The translations under genes were made by a program, and so were the position numbers. The notes below the pieces were generated by a model. That model was not told the DNA's origin. It saw only the letters and a program-made list of their open reading frames with translations, and did not search any database. Of a stretch of 64,000 nucleotides of DNA, positions 18,323-28,315 are shown one piece after another. The stretch's first letter is position 1. Each line of letters starts with the position of its first letter. The stretch comes from an uncultured bacterium (lineage in GTDB: Bacteria; Chloroflexota; UBA5177; JANWHV01), in the NCBI GenBank assembly GCA_963729625.1, contig CAVSOU010000008.1, positions 96,001-160,000 of the forward strand. Reading direction: 5' to 3'.

Positions 18323-19321
18323 CTACTGTGCCAGCCAGGCTGCGTCGTCTCGCGAGCCCAGAGCCGCGTCTGTGCCCGCGAACGGTCCTGGCATCGGTCG
18401 AATATAGAAGGAGGGAGGCGTCATCCACGGCATCACCGCGTCGGCCGTGCGAACGGACGACGTACACGCTGCGGCCCGTGCCTGGGTGGGGGTGACTTGG
18501 AATCGCTTGCGGAACACGTGCACGAAGTGCTGCGTGTCGGCGAATCCGCAATAGCGCGCGATCTCGGAGACACTCAGGTCGACGTTCTGCAATAGCAACT
18601 GCGAATGCTGCAGGCGCAGGAACAGCAAACGTTGATGCGGTGTCTGATTCCATTGCTGCCGGCACAATCGGGTCAGGTGGGGCACTGAGAAGCCCACTTG
18701 CTTCGCCATGGTCTGAACGCTGATCTGGTCCTCCAAATGGTGGCGAAGAAACCCGTCGAGATGCTGCAGTGTTGTTGGCATCCGGGGCGTGACCGGCTCA
18801 TCGGCAAGATGCGCGCGCATGATCGTGACAAAGAGACCGGCCAACAGAGCATGTGCCTCCATGCGGTTGAACGACGTGCCTGATTGCCACAAACCAATGC
18901 AGGTCACAAGCTGATCATGGAATGCCAGCGGATCCGGCGGTTCGACGATCGAAGGCATTGGCGTGTGCAGCAGGTCGTCGAGCCGCGGCTGCACGAGGTG
19001 TCGATAGGGCGACAGATCAAGGAAGCCTGGTCCCGGGGAGAACCTTTCCTCACGCCCGGGCTGACGCACGATGTCGCAATGTACGTAGGGCGTTGTTGTG
19101 TCGGTCACGCCCTCCAGGGTTATTCGGTCACCGGGCTGCGCCAGGAAGACCTGCCCTGGCCCGAGCAGATATGGACGGTCCTCGACCACGAATCGGCACG
19201 TACCACGTTCAACCACGAGCAGCAGGTAGTCCAGGAGGCGCCGATCAGGCAGGACCACTGGGGGTCGGATGGCATAGCTTGCTTCGCGAATGAATGGGCA
19301 CAGCGGTAGGTCAAACATCAT
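18323..19321 (-). CDS. AraC-family regulator (cupin sensor + HTH), copy A
   Basis: RLLDYLLLVVERG cupin; MAKQVGFSVPHLTRL and SVSEIARYCGFADTQHFVHVFRKRFQVTP HTH motifs. Confidence 0.92.
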   Translation of the reverse strand: MMFDLPLCPFIREASYAIRPPVVLPDRRLLDYLLLVVERGTCRFVVEDRPYLLGPGQVFLAQPGDRITLEGVTDTTTPYVHCDIVRQPGREERFSPGPGFLDLSPYRHLVQPRLDDLLHTPMPSIVEPPDPLAFHDQLVTCIGLWQSGTSFNRMEAHALLAGLFVTIMRAHLADEPVTPRMPTTLQHLDGFLRHHLEDQISVQTMAKQVGFSVPHLTRLCRQQWNQTPHQRLLFLRLQHSQLLLQNVDLSVSEIARYCGFADTQHFVHVFRKRFQVTPTQARAAACTSSVRTADAVMPWMTPPSFYIRPMPGPFAGTDAALGSRDDAAWLAQ

Positions 19322-19412
19322 TCCCACGCCACAGCGTCACGAGAATAAATTGCACTGTTCTAATAGAAGATTGTGGCGTTCAGGAATATCGGCGTCAACT
19401 TACCAGATTGTT

Positions 19413-19437
19413 CATTTCGGTGTCTGAAATTATCATC
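19413..19437 (-). promoter_or_regulatory. Candidate AraC binding site 1
   Basis: Reverse complement GATGATAATTTCAGACACCGAAATG matches site 2 at 22 of 25 positions. Confidence 0.6.
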
Positions 19438-19640
19438 CTTGTCGCGCTTTCGCTCGCCGGTTCACGGCATTGCGTATGGCGCACCACGCGGGCAAAGCGC
19501 GGACAGCGCGGCTTTCCGCCCTATACCTTGGTCGCATCAGGTTCGCTGGGAAGTGGTGGTATGAACGCGGTTCGCATGGGTAGAGGGGCGCCAGTCAATG
19601 CGCGCGAGCGGGCCGGTCACAGGCAAATGCGGCACGGCAC

Positions 19641-19665
19641 GATGCTAATTTTAGACACCGACATG
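19641..19665 (+). promoter_or_regulatory. Candidate AraC binding site 2
   Basis: GATGCTAATTTTAGACACCGACATG, about 50 bp upstream of the permease start. Confidence 0.6.
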
Positions 19666-19715
19666 CAATTCCAGTGCGTTGACCCTAGCCCAACCTCGCT
19701 GCGACAATTTGGTTT

Positions 19716-20669
19716 ATGCCGAAGATCCAGCACCTGGGGACCAAGCGCCGCCCACTCTATGCGCGCATGGCCGCGTCCTGGCGCCTGTACCTGGCACTGT
19801 TCCCAACCCTCGCGCTAATCGGGATCTTTGCCTACTGGCCGACGATCAACGGCGTTATTCAATCCTTCTACAATTCCACGGCGACTGAAACCAACATCTT
19901 CGTCGGCCTGGACAATTACCGCCAGCTGATGAGCGACACAGTCTATTGGAACGCGTTCCTGACCTCGCTCAAGTACACGATTTTCGGCATCACGATTGGA
20001 TGGGTGCTGCCGTTTATCACGGTACAGCTGCTAGTCTCGCTGTCAAGCCGGCGATGGCAGTACATACTCCGCACGGCGCTTATTCTGCCCATGGCATTCC
20101 CGGCGACAGTATTCGGATTCGTGTGGCAATTCCTCTATGACCCTCGAGCCGGCGTGTTCAACGCATTTCTGGATGCTATCGGCCTTGGCAGGCTGCAGCA
20201 GAATTGGCTGGGCGATCCATCCACCGCCCTTGGCTCGCTGATGATGATCGGCTTTCCCATCACATTCATCGGCAGCGGCCTGATCGGCGGCGGCGGTCTG
20301 CCGTTCCTTCTGATGCTCAGCGGCATCCAAAACATCCCATCGGAAATAATGGAAGCCGCTGAGATCGACGGGTGCGGGAGGTTCCGGCGCGTGTTCGCGA
20401 TCGATCTCCCGTTGCTGGGATCGCAGTTCAGTCTGCTGTTCCTGATGGCCCTGATCGGGTTCACGCAGGCGGGGAGTATCACGCTGCTGCTCGTAACCAA
20501 CGGTGGACCGGCATATGCCACGATGACGCCTATTGTGTGGATGATCCAGACCGGTGTCAGCGTGGGCAACTTCGGTTACGGCGCCGCGATGGGCGAAGTG
20601 CTGTTCGTGTCCTCTGTCACGCTCAGCGCACTCTTCCTTGGTATCCAGCGATGGCGCGCTCGTGCCTAG
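19716..20669 (+). CDS. Carbohydrate-type ABC permease
   Basis: FVGLDNY, WLGDP, SGIQNIPSEIMEAAEIDG, TNGGP. Confidence 0.9.
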   Translation: MPKIQHLGTKRRPLYARMAASWRLYLALFPTLALIGIFAYWPTINGVIQSFYNSTATETNIFVGLDNYRQLMSDTVYWNAFLTSLKYTIFGITIGWVLPFITVQLLVSLSSRRWQYILRTALILPMAFPATVFGFVWQFLYDPRAGVFNAFLDAIGLGRLQQNWLGDPSTALGSLMMIGFPITFIGSGLIGGGGLPFLLMLSGIQNIPSEIMEAAEIDGCGRFRRVFAIDLPLLGSQFSLLFLMALIGFTQAGSITLLLVTNGGPAYATMTPIVWMIQTGVSVGNFGYGAAMGEVLFVSSVTLSALFLGIQRWRARA

Positions 20670-20690
20670 CAGTGTGGAGAATCCCTGCGC

Positions 20691-21570
20691 ATGGTGAAGC
20701 GGAGACGGATCGTGGCCACAGAACCCAAGGCGCAGATGGGCCAGCGATCGCGCCGGCGGCGCAGGAACGACCTGATCATCGGGGCTATCCTTGCCGTGAT
20801 CGCGTTTCTGGGCATCTTCCCCTTCGCCTTCGCCCTCATCGACTCGTTCAAAGACGACATGCAGTTTGCCCAGACCTACTGGCTGCCTGCTTTCCCCCTA
20901 CACCTGGAGAACTACACGAACGCATGGGGCCAGATCAGCACGTACTGGATGAACAGCGTCATCGTGGCCGTCTCGACGACAGCTGGGATACTCGTCCTCG
21001 GCACCATATCAGGCTTTGTATTCGCGCGGTATGAGTTTCCGGGCCGTGGCGTGCTCTTCTTCCTGATCATCATCCTGCTGGCAGTGCCCGGCGTGGTCAA
21101 CCTCGTGCCGCTATTCCTTCTAGTGAAGTCACTCCAACTGCTCAATACACTCGGCGCGCTGATCGTCGTGTACACGGTCGCCAGCTTGTTCGTCACCGTC
21201 TATCTCCTTCGCAACGCCATTGCCGCGATAACCGACGAACTGTTCGACGCGGCGAAGGTCGACGGGGCATCGGGACCACAGATCTACCGGCATATCGTGC
21301 TGCCTCTCTCCATTCCAGCCATGGGAACCGTCTTCATGGTTACGGTCACGGGCGTCTGGAATGAGTATGTCTGGGCTTTTCTCGCCATCAGCGATCCCGA
21401 AAGACGGACGATAGGAACCGGATTGCAGTACTACACCGACCAGATGACGACGTTCCTACGGTCCGTTGTTTGCCGGCTATATCCTGGCCAGCCTACCGCT
21501 CTTGCTTGCGTTCGCGGTCACCTCCCGTTACTACGTTGCCGGGCTTCAGGCCGGGAGTGTAAAGCAGTAG
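20691..21570 (+). CDS. Carbohydrate-type ABC permease, frameshifted near 21455
   Basis: FARYEFPGR, ELFDAAKVDGA, WNEYVWA; the canonical C-terminus YGPLFAGYILASLPLL...YYVAGLQAGSVKQ* lies in another frame ending at 21570. Confidence 0.88.
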
Positions 21571-21637
21571 GCGCCGGAGTGCCACCTGACGAGCAACGCG
21601 GAGCAGGCAGGCGAAGGGGGAAAGAAAGGGGGTTCAA

Positions 21638-23395
21638 ATGGCTAACGAGGCATCCAATTCCATCACCGTGGAGATTGATGTGCCCGCGCGGCTGCGCGAC
21701 GGAACCGTCCTGCGTGCGAACGTCTACCGGCCGGCTGGGTCCGGGCGCTGGCCTGCCCTGCTCATGCGCTTTCCCTACGGGAAGGATGTGCTGCCCGGGA
21801 TCGACGGGTTCGACCCGATTGAGGCGGCCCGACGCGGCTACGTCGTGATTGTCCAGGATACGAGAGGGAGCGGTACATCAGACGGGGACTGCGCGCCGGG
21901 TCAAGACGATAACCCGTTCATGTTCGATGCCGAGGATGGGCTCGATACGATTGCATGGGCCGCCGGACTGCCGTATTGCGACGGCCAGGTCGGCATGTTC
22001 GGCGGATCGTACGGCGCCTACACGCAGCTGGCGCCGGCTATCTTCCAGCCTCCGGCATTGAAGGCGCTCGTGCCCATCGCCACTGTGGCCGACCCCCTGG
22101 ATGGATTGATCTTTCGCGGCGGCGCCTTTGAGCTTGGTCTCGCCGCGTTTTGGCACCTCATGATGGGCAGCGGCCAGCTCGTTCGCCATCATGCGCAGGA
22201 TGCGCAGATGCGTCAGTCGGCTCTCGACACTTGGGCAAGCGAGTTCGATGCCCTTGGTGGCGGAGGCTATGCGTCACTGCCGCTTCGGGAATTTGCCCCC
22301 TTGCTCAGGCAAGGGCTATCCCGCACGTTCTTCGACTGGGTATCCGCGCCGATGGATCGCACGAAGGGCCCCTCCGCGCCGGTGAACTTCCTGGACAAAT
22401 CTGACAGATTACGGATCCCGAGCCTCCATGTCGGATGCTGGTACGATATCTTCCTTGCCCACACGCTCACCTATTTCCGGGCCATGCGCGCGAACGGCAT
22501 CCCGACCAAGCTCGTCATCGGGCCCTGGGTGCATGGACGCACCTACAACCCGATCGGCGAGCTCAATTTCGGCATCGGCGCCCAGTCCATGACTATGGGC
22601 ATGCGGGCGGGTTTGAACAGCCTTCAGCTCCGCTGGTTCGATCACTGGCTCAAGGGTCGCGACACCGGCATGATGACCGAAGCGCCGATAGCGCTGTTCG
22701 TCATGGGCGCCAATGTATGGCGGGACGAGCTCGAGTGGCCCCTGGCTCGCGCGGTGAACACACAATGGTATTTGCACCAAGGCGGCGTGCTCAGTCGCGA
22801 CATGCCCGGCGCTGAGACGCCCGATAGCTACGAGTACGACCCGGCGGACCCGGTCCCGACGCTGGGCGGGGCGATTCTGCTGACGCCAGAGTACACGGCC
22901 GGCCCCCTGAACCAGCAAGCGATTGAAGCGCGTGATGACGTGCTCACCTACACGAGCGGGGCGTTCGATCGCGATACCGAGGTGACCGGCCCGATCGCCG
23001 TGCATCTCTGGGCGGTCTCGTCCACCCCCGATACAGACTTCGTGGCGCGTCTCACCGACGTCACGCCTGACGGACGCTCGATCAACCTGACCGACGGGAT
23101 CCTGCGCGCGCGATTCCGCAATTTCAGCCTGGGAGAGACGCCCACGCTGATCGAACCGGGCACGGCGTACCGCTACGTCATTGACCTGTGGGCAACCTGC
23201 AACGTCTTCCTGGCAGGACACCGGATCAGGCTACAAGTTACGTCAAGCTGCTTCCCGCGCTGGGACCGCAATCCGAACACGGGGCACTCGTTTGGCGTGG
23301 ACGCCGATATGCAGGTCGCACGCCAGCAGATTCTGCACGACCGCGAGCATCCGTCTCACGTCGTACTGCCCATGATCAGCGCGGCGGAGCAATGA
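21638..23395 (+). CDS. CocE/NonD-family serine hydrolase
   Basis: RDGTVLRANVYRP, QDTRG, nucleophile motif GGSYG, WYDIF, IGPWVH, PRWDRNPNTG. Confidence 0.93.
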   Translation: MANEASNSITVEIDVPARLRDGTVLRANVYRPAGSGRWPALLMRFPYGKDVLPGIDGFDPIEAARRGYVVIVQDTRGSGTSDGDCAPGQDDNPFMFDAEDGLDTIAWAAGLPYCDGQVGMFGGSYGAYTQLAPAIFQPPALKALVPIATVADPLDGLIFRGGAFELGLAAFWHLMMGSGQLVRHHAQDAQMRQSALDTWASEFDALGGGGYASLPLREFAPLLRQGLSRTFFDWVSAPMDRTKGPSAPVNFLDKSDRLRIPSLHVGCWYDIFLAHTLTYFRAMRANGIPTKLVIGPWVHGRTYNPIGELNFGIGAQSMTMGMRAGLNSLQLRWFDHWLKGRDTGMMTEAPIALFVMGANVWRDELEWPLARAVNTQWYLHQGGVLSRDMPGAETPDSYEYDPADPVPTLGGAILLTPEYTAGPLNQQAIEARDDVLTYTSGAFDRDTEVTGPIAVHLWAVSSTPDTDFVARLTDVTPDGRSINLTDGILRARFRNFSLGETPTLIEPGTAYRYVIDLWATCNVFLAGHRIRLQVTSSCFPRWDRNPNTGHSFGVDADMQVARQQILHDREHPSHVVLPMISAAEQ

Positions 23396-23434
23396 CCGCC
23401 AGACTGCGGGTCCGTTGGGCGCCGGGCCTCGCAA

Positions 23435-23459
23435 AGAGACGATTCTTGACACCGAAATG
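23435..23459 (+). promoter_or_regulatory. Candidate AraC binding site 3
   Basis: AGAGACGATTCTTGACACCGAAATG; the 12-bp core GACACCGAAATG is identical to site 1 and sits at a similar distance (about 95 bp) from the second araC start. Confidence 0.5.
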
Positions 23460-23554
23460 CGTGCCTGCGCCATTGATCTCTCCGGGTGTCGCTGCGACAA
23501 TAGCCTGCAATACCTGGCAGGTTGCACGCCGCGGCGTGTGAGGGCATATCGCAT

Positions 23555-24535
23555 ATGGTGAACTTGCCGCTATGTCCATTCATCCGCGAGGCGTCATACG
23601 CCGTTCGTTCCCCGTGGGTCATGCCGGACCGGCGCCTGTTGGACTACCTTCTCGTGGTCGTGGAACGCGGTCAATGCCGGTTCACGCTCGAGGACCGGCA
23701 GTACGATTTGGGGGCCGGGCAGATCTTCCTCGCCCAGCCTGGCGATCGCTTGACCTTGGAGGGTCTCACCGACACCGTTACTCCATATGTGCACTGTGAT
23801 GTGGTAGACCAGCCGGGCCGCGATGAACGGTTCTCGCCAGGGCCTGGCTTTCTTGACCTGACGCCGTACCAGCATCTCGTGCAGCCGCGCCTTGATGATC
23901 TCTTGAGAGTACGCCTGCCAGTGATCGTCGAGCCGGCCGACCCGCATGGCTTCCGCGATCAGCTCGTGAGGTGTATCGGGCTCTGGCAATCGGGCACTTT
24001 GCTCAATCGTGTTGAAGCCCACGCACTCCTGTCCATGCTCTTTGTACAGGTGTTGCGAGCCCATTTTGCCGACAAGTCGAGCCCAACGCAGCTGCCGTCG
24101 ATCTTGCAGCACCTGGATGGCTACTTGCGGCACCGCATGCACGAGCGCATTACCCTCAAGACGATGGCGGAACAGGTAGGCTTCTCAGTGCCGCACACGA
24201 TCCGGTTGTGCCGCCAGCACTGGCATCAGACGCCGCATGAACGGCTCTTGCAATTGCGCCTGCAACACTCGCTCTTGTTGTTGCAGAACGTCGACTTGCG
24301 CGTAGCCCAGGTGGCAGGCTACTGCGGCTTCGCCGACACGCGGCATTTCGTGCACGTGTTCAGGCAGCGTTTCGGCATGACCCCGACACAGGCCCGGCAT
24401 GCGGACCTCAAGGGCGCGCAAGAGGCGCGCACAGGTGTGGACGGCGATGAGCAGCAGGTCAGCCGTGCTTTCGCTGCCGTGGCACGCCGGTCTCGCGCGA
24501 CAGGCGGGGCGCCGGACGGCAATAACGGATCGTGA
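23555..24535 (+). CDS. AraC-family regulator, copy B (close paralog of copy A)
   Basis: Collinear with copy A, sharing LPLCPFIREASYA, ERFSPGPGFLDL, CIGLWQSGT and LLLQNVDL. Confidence 0.92.
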   Translation: MVNLPLCPFIREASYAVRSPWVMPDRRLLDYLLVVVERGQCRFTLEDRQYDLGAGQIFLAQPGDRLTLEGLTDTVTPYVHCDVVDQPGRDERFSPGPGFLDLTPYQHLVQPRLDDLLRVRLPVIVEPADPHGFRDQLVRCIGLWQSGTLLNRVEAHALLSMLFVQVLRAHFADKSSPTQLPSILQHLDGYLRHRMHERITLKTMAEQVGFSVPHTIRLCRQHWHQTPHERLLQLRLQHSLLLLQNVDLRVAQVAGYCGFADTRHFVHVFRQRFGMTPTQARHADLKGAQEARTGVDGDEQQVSRAFAAVARRSRATGGAPDGNNGS

Positions 24536-24590
24536 TGCGCGAAAACAAACGGCCAGATAGGTCCTAGTTAGGTCATCCGGGGAGTTTACG

Positions 24591-25937
24591 ATGTCGCACG
24601 CCAAATCGCCTGGGCTGTCGCCGCTGGGTGGTATTGCAGGGTATGAGGAAGCAGCGAAGACGGGCCTTGCCGTCGACGCTAACGTGCGGCTGCTCAAGCG
24701 CTACGCATACGTTGAGCGTCGCCTCATGGAAATTTCCGTTGCCCATATCTGCGCCGTGCCGGAATGGGAGGTCAAATGCGCCCTTGCCCTGCATTGCTGG
24801 CTGGACGCGGAACATGCCACTGCCTTCCGCGAGCGCGTGGCCGAGATGCGCGAGCCTCCACTGCACCTGGATACCGTGCCGGACGACACGCTGGCAGCCT
24901 TCCTTGACGAGGCGCTTGCCTCTCAGGACACCGTCGAGTTGTTGGTTGGCCTGTATCAGGTGATCAAGCCGTCGCTCGTGCAAGCCTACCAGCGCCATCT
25001 TCAGCTGACAAATCCGCTCGCAGATCACCCCACGTGCCGGCGCCTGCGTTGGGCCACGATTGAGGAGCGGGATATGATCGCCTGGGGCGAAGCAGCGATC
25101 GCCGCGCTCACTCGAGATCAAGCAGCAGCCGCTCGCGCGGCAGGATGGCGAGCGCATCTGGAAGCATACCTCGCCGCCGCGGGCGGCATATCCGGTGAGG
25201 AAGCACGAGCCGACGAGGCGCCGCCGCCACGAGCCGTTCTGCCGTATGCCGTGAATCTGCTGCCCGGACGTGATGAACGCTTCACGGACATCTACAACTT
25301 TGGCAGCTATGTAGACGCCGTCGCGGGAGACAAGACCCGTACCCCTGAGGAGCGCGGGCTTGCCCTTGCATTCAAGCGGCTTCGCGAGATGGATGTTCCC
25401 GAGTGGCTGGCGACGGTCGTCGCGGAGACTCCAGGCAAGCCCTGGCAGTACTATCTGGAAATGGCGCGCCAGATCTGGGACGAGGCCCGGCACGCGATGA
25501 TGGGCGAGGTATGCTTCGAGAGCATGGGCATCGATTGGACTGCGTTGCCCATCCCGGTGTCCAATTCGTATGCGATCAACACACGCCTGACTCCGCTCGA
25601 ACGGCACGCCGTGCTCTACGACATTGAACAGGGGCTCATGCGCCGGGAGACCGGAAAGCGCTATGAGTGGGAGACCGCCACTGCCGCGGGCAATGCTCTG
25701 CTGGCGAATTTTCAGGACTACGATTGGGCAGACGAAGTTTTGCATACGCAGATTGGAAGGCGTTGGCTGGTGCCGGCTATCGGCGATCGCGACGCCGTGA
25801 CGCGATACGCCGCGGCGGCATGGGAGAAGGTCCGCGAGGCATACGACAGCGATCCTCGACTAAGTCAGGACTCCAAGAATAACTGGTGGCCGGCATTTTA
25901 CGAGGGCGTGACGAAGCGTGGCGGCAGCGTCCGATGA
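24591..25937 (+). CDS. Tandem ferritin-like (DUF455-like) putative di-metal protein
   Basis: All-helical sequence; C-half has E (LREMD), DEARH, E (IEQG) and DEVLH in ferritin-like diiron order; N-half has a degenerate DAEH. Confidence 0.7.
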   Translation: MSHAKSPGLSPLGGIAGYEEAAKTGLAVDANVRLLKRYAYVERRLMEISVAHICAVPEWEVKCALALHCWLDAEHATAFRERVAEMREPPLHLDTVPDDTLAAFLDEALASQDTVELLVGLYQVIKPSLVQAYQRHLQLTNPLADHPTCRRLRWATIEERDMIAWGEAAIAALTRDQAAAARAAGWRAHLEAYLAAAGGISGEEARADEAPPPRAVLPYAVNLLPGRDERFTDIYNFGSYVDAVAGDKTRTPEERGLALAFKRLREMDVPEWLATVVAETPGKPWQYYLEMARQIWDEARHAMMGEVCFESMGIDWTALPIPVSNSYAINTRLTPLERHAVLYDIEQGLMRRETGKRYEWETATAAGNALLANFQDYDWADEVLHTQIGRRWLVPAIGDRDAVTRYAAAAWEKVREAYDSDPRLSQDSKNNWWPAFYEGVTKRGGSVR

Positions 25938-27043
25938 AGCAGCCTGATGGCATGCTTGGCCGGCTGCCCGTTCCTCGGCCGGACTTTTCGAACTTGCGGC
26001 AAGTACTTTTGAGGCAGGGCGAGCCCGCCCGCCTGCCCAACGTCGAGTTCTTCATGGACCACCCGATCAAGGAAGGGCTGCTCGGCGAGCGCGTGCCGCA
26101 CGTGGTGTGGGGAGATCCCGGCTATAGCCACGAAGCCCACGCGCGTTATCTCGACTTTGACATCCGCTTCTGGTACCTCGCCGGTTACGACTATGTCACG
26201 GTCGAGCTGCAGGTGCCCATGATGAGACAGTGGCTCACTGCCGGCGATACCGCCCTGCTGGCAAGCGCGGAGCGTCGATGGCAGAGCGAGAACTCCGGCG
26301 CCATACAATCCTGGTCCGATTTCGAGCGGTATCCATGGCCCAAGCCGGAAGACGTCGACTTCTTCAACCTGGAGTACGTGAGCCGGCACCTGCCCGAAGG
26401 CATGCAGATCATCTTCTGCACGCAAGGAGGGCCGATGGAGAATCTCGTGACGCTGATGGGCCTTACGCCGCTGGCACTGGCGGTCCACGACGCCCCCGAT
26501 CTCGTCGCGGCCATCGCCGAACGGTTATCTGAAGTGCGAGAGACGATCTATGCGGCGGCCGTCGACGTGCCGAACGTCGGGGCGTTCTGGATGGGTGACG
26601 ACCTGGGCTATAAGACCTCTACCGTATTGTCACCGCGCGACCTGCGGAAGTACGTCTTTCCGTACCAGAAGCGGATTGTGGACATTGCCCATGCGCATGA
26701 CAAGCCGTTCCTGCTGCACGCCTGCGGCAACCTGGCACGAATCATGGATGAGCTGATAGACGGCGTCGGCATCGATGCCAAGCACTCCTTCGAAGACGTG
26801 ATCATGCCGGTCGCCGAATTCAAGCAGCGTTGGGGTAGCCGCGTGGCCGTGCTGGGCGGGATCGATATGGATTTCCTTTGCCGGCACAGCGTGCAGGAGG
26901 TCCGTACCTATACGCGCAAGGTCATCGAAGCGTGCGCGCCCGGCGGCGGCTATGCGCTGGGAACCGGCAATACACCAGCCAACTATGTACCCCTTGAGAA
27001 CTATCTCGCCATGCTCGATGAAGGCGCGAGATACGCGCGGTGA
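25934..27043 (+). CDS. Uroporphyrinogen decarboxylase/MtaA-CmuA family protein
   Basis: GDDLGYK, LLHACGNL, VLGGIDMD, GGGYALGTGN (His/Cys metal motif); ATGA overlap with the upstream gene. Confidence 0.88.
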   Translation: MKQPDGMLGRLPVPRPDFSNLRQVLLRQGEPARLPNVEFFMDHPIKEGLLGERVPHVVWGDPGYSHEAHARYLDFDIRFWYLAGYDYVTVELQVPMMRQWLTAGDTALLASAERRWQSENSGAIQSWSDFERYPWPKPEDVDFFNLEYVSRHLPEGMQIIFCTQGGPMENLVTLMGLTPLALAVHDAPDLVAAIAERLSEVRETIYAAAVDVPNVGAFWMGDDLGYKTSTVLSPRDLRKYVFPYQKRIVDIAHAHDKPFLLHACGNLARIMDELIDGVGIDAKHSFEDVIMPVAEFKQRWGSRVAVLGGIDMDFLCRHSVQEVRTYTRKVIEACAPGGGYALGTGNTPANYVPLENYLAMLDEGARYAR

Positions 27044-27103
27044 GGCCACGCCGACCATGTCGCCCCACCGGACCTCCGGCAAGGGCGCTCTGAACGGGAG
27101 ATC

Positions 27104-28315
27104 TCAATCCCAGACAACGGGAAGGCTCTTGAGGTGGTGGACCCCTCGCACCGGCGCGTACTCCACCGAGTCCGCGGCGAGGCGCAGATACGAGAGCCTC
27201 GTTGCCAATGCCTTGAACACCTCCTGACCTTCGATACGTGCCAGGAAGTGACCGAGGCAGAAATGAACGCCACTGCCAAAGGAGAGATGCGGATTTGGAC
27301 TGCGCAGGATGTCGAATGAGTCGGGGCTGGTGAATACCGCGGGGTCACGGTTCGCAGCGGCCATCGCCCAGGTTATTCGTTGCCCTTCCTTGACCTGTCT
27401 TCCATGAAGCTCTATGTCGCGAGTGACGATGCGGTAGGACAGGGGAACGGGGGGATCAAACCGCAGGCATTCCTCAGTCGCGCCGGCAGCGAGCCTTTGG
27501 GGATCCTTCTTGAACCGCTCCCACTGGTCCGGATGGCGCAGGAACGCCAGGGTTCCGTTGCAGATCAAGTCGATGGTGGTGACAAATCCGGCGTCGATCA
27601 GCAGCTGGGCATTGGCCTGAACCTCGTCGCGCGAATAACGCCCCTTCTGTTCAGCCTCCGCGAGGATACCGAGCAGGTCCGGTTGAGACGAAATGCACCT
27701 CCTGTCGATCTCTCCTTCCAGATAGCGCGACGTCGCCGTGATGCCCTCCGCCGAGTGGCGCATGCGATCGGGCTCGAGGCTCATCAGCGATTGCAGTCGC
27801 TTGTCGGCGTGTTCGCGCACCAAGGGACGATCCTGCTCGGGAATGCCCAACATCTCCGAGATGATGAAGAAAGGCAGAGGCTTCGCCAGGTCCTTCATCA
27901 CATCCATGCACCCGGCCGGCTCCACGGCGTCGAGTAGCCGCGCCACCGCTTCGCGGACCTGCTGACGCCAGTGCCGCTCCAGATGTGTCGGGCTAAATGG
28001 TTTGCGAAGCACCGCGCGCATGCGATCGTGCAGGGGAGGATCGTTCTGGATGAGCTCATGCTTTCGAAACGCGTTGCACCAAGCGACCAGGGATCGATCT
28101 TCTTCAGCAATCGGGAGGTCCGGGCCATTGTCCCGAACGTAGATCTCCGAGGAGAACAGCTCCGGATGGCGAAGGATCCAGACAATGTCCGCGTGGCGTG
28201 TCACCAGCCAGGTCTGAAGTTCCGCGTTCCAATGAACGGGCTCCTCCTCCCTGAGGCGGTTCAGCAAAGGGAACGGATCGGCGATAACGTCCATGGCGAA
28301 CAGCGCCTCAGTCAC
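27104..28315 (-). CDS. Cytochrome P450
   Basis: [10 protein letters not shown]-helix [16 protein letters not shown] (ExxR), AANRDP, heme motif [10 protein letters not shown]. Confidence 0.95.
   Translation of the reverse strand: MTEALFAMDVIADPFPLLNRLREEEPVHWNAELQTWLVTRHADIVWILRHPELFSSEIYVRDNGPDLPIAEEDRSLVAWCNAFRKHELIQNDPPLHDRMRAVLRKPFSPTHLERHWRQQVREAVARLLDAVEPAGCMDVMKDLAKPLPFFIISEMLGIPEQDRPLVREHADKRLQSLMSLEPDRMRHSAEGITATSRYLEGEIDRRCISSQPDLLGILAEAEQKGRYSRDEVQANAQLLIDAGFVTTIDLICNGTLAFLRHPDQWERFKKDPQRLAAGATEECLRFDPPVPLSYRIVTRDIELHGRQVKEGQRITWAMAAANRDPAVFTSPDSFDILRSPNPHLSFGSGVHFCLGHFLARIEGQEVFKALATRLSYLRLAADSVEYAPVRGVHHLKSLPVVWD

Noticed and set aside
25934-27043. Calling this gene hemE
   Set aside because: It lacks the HemE W.MRQAGR motif and has the His-x-Cys metal motif of the MtaA/CmuA-like branch; no heme genes are nearby.
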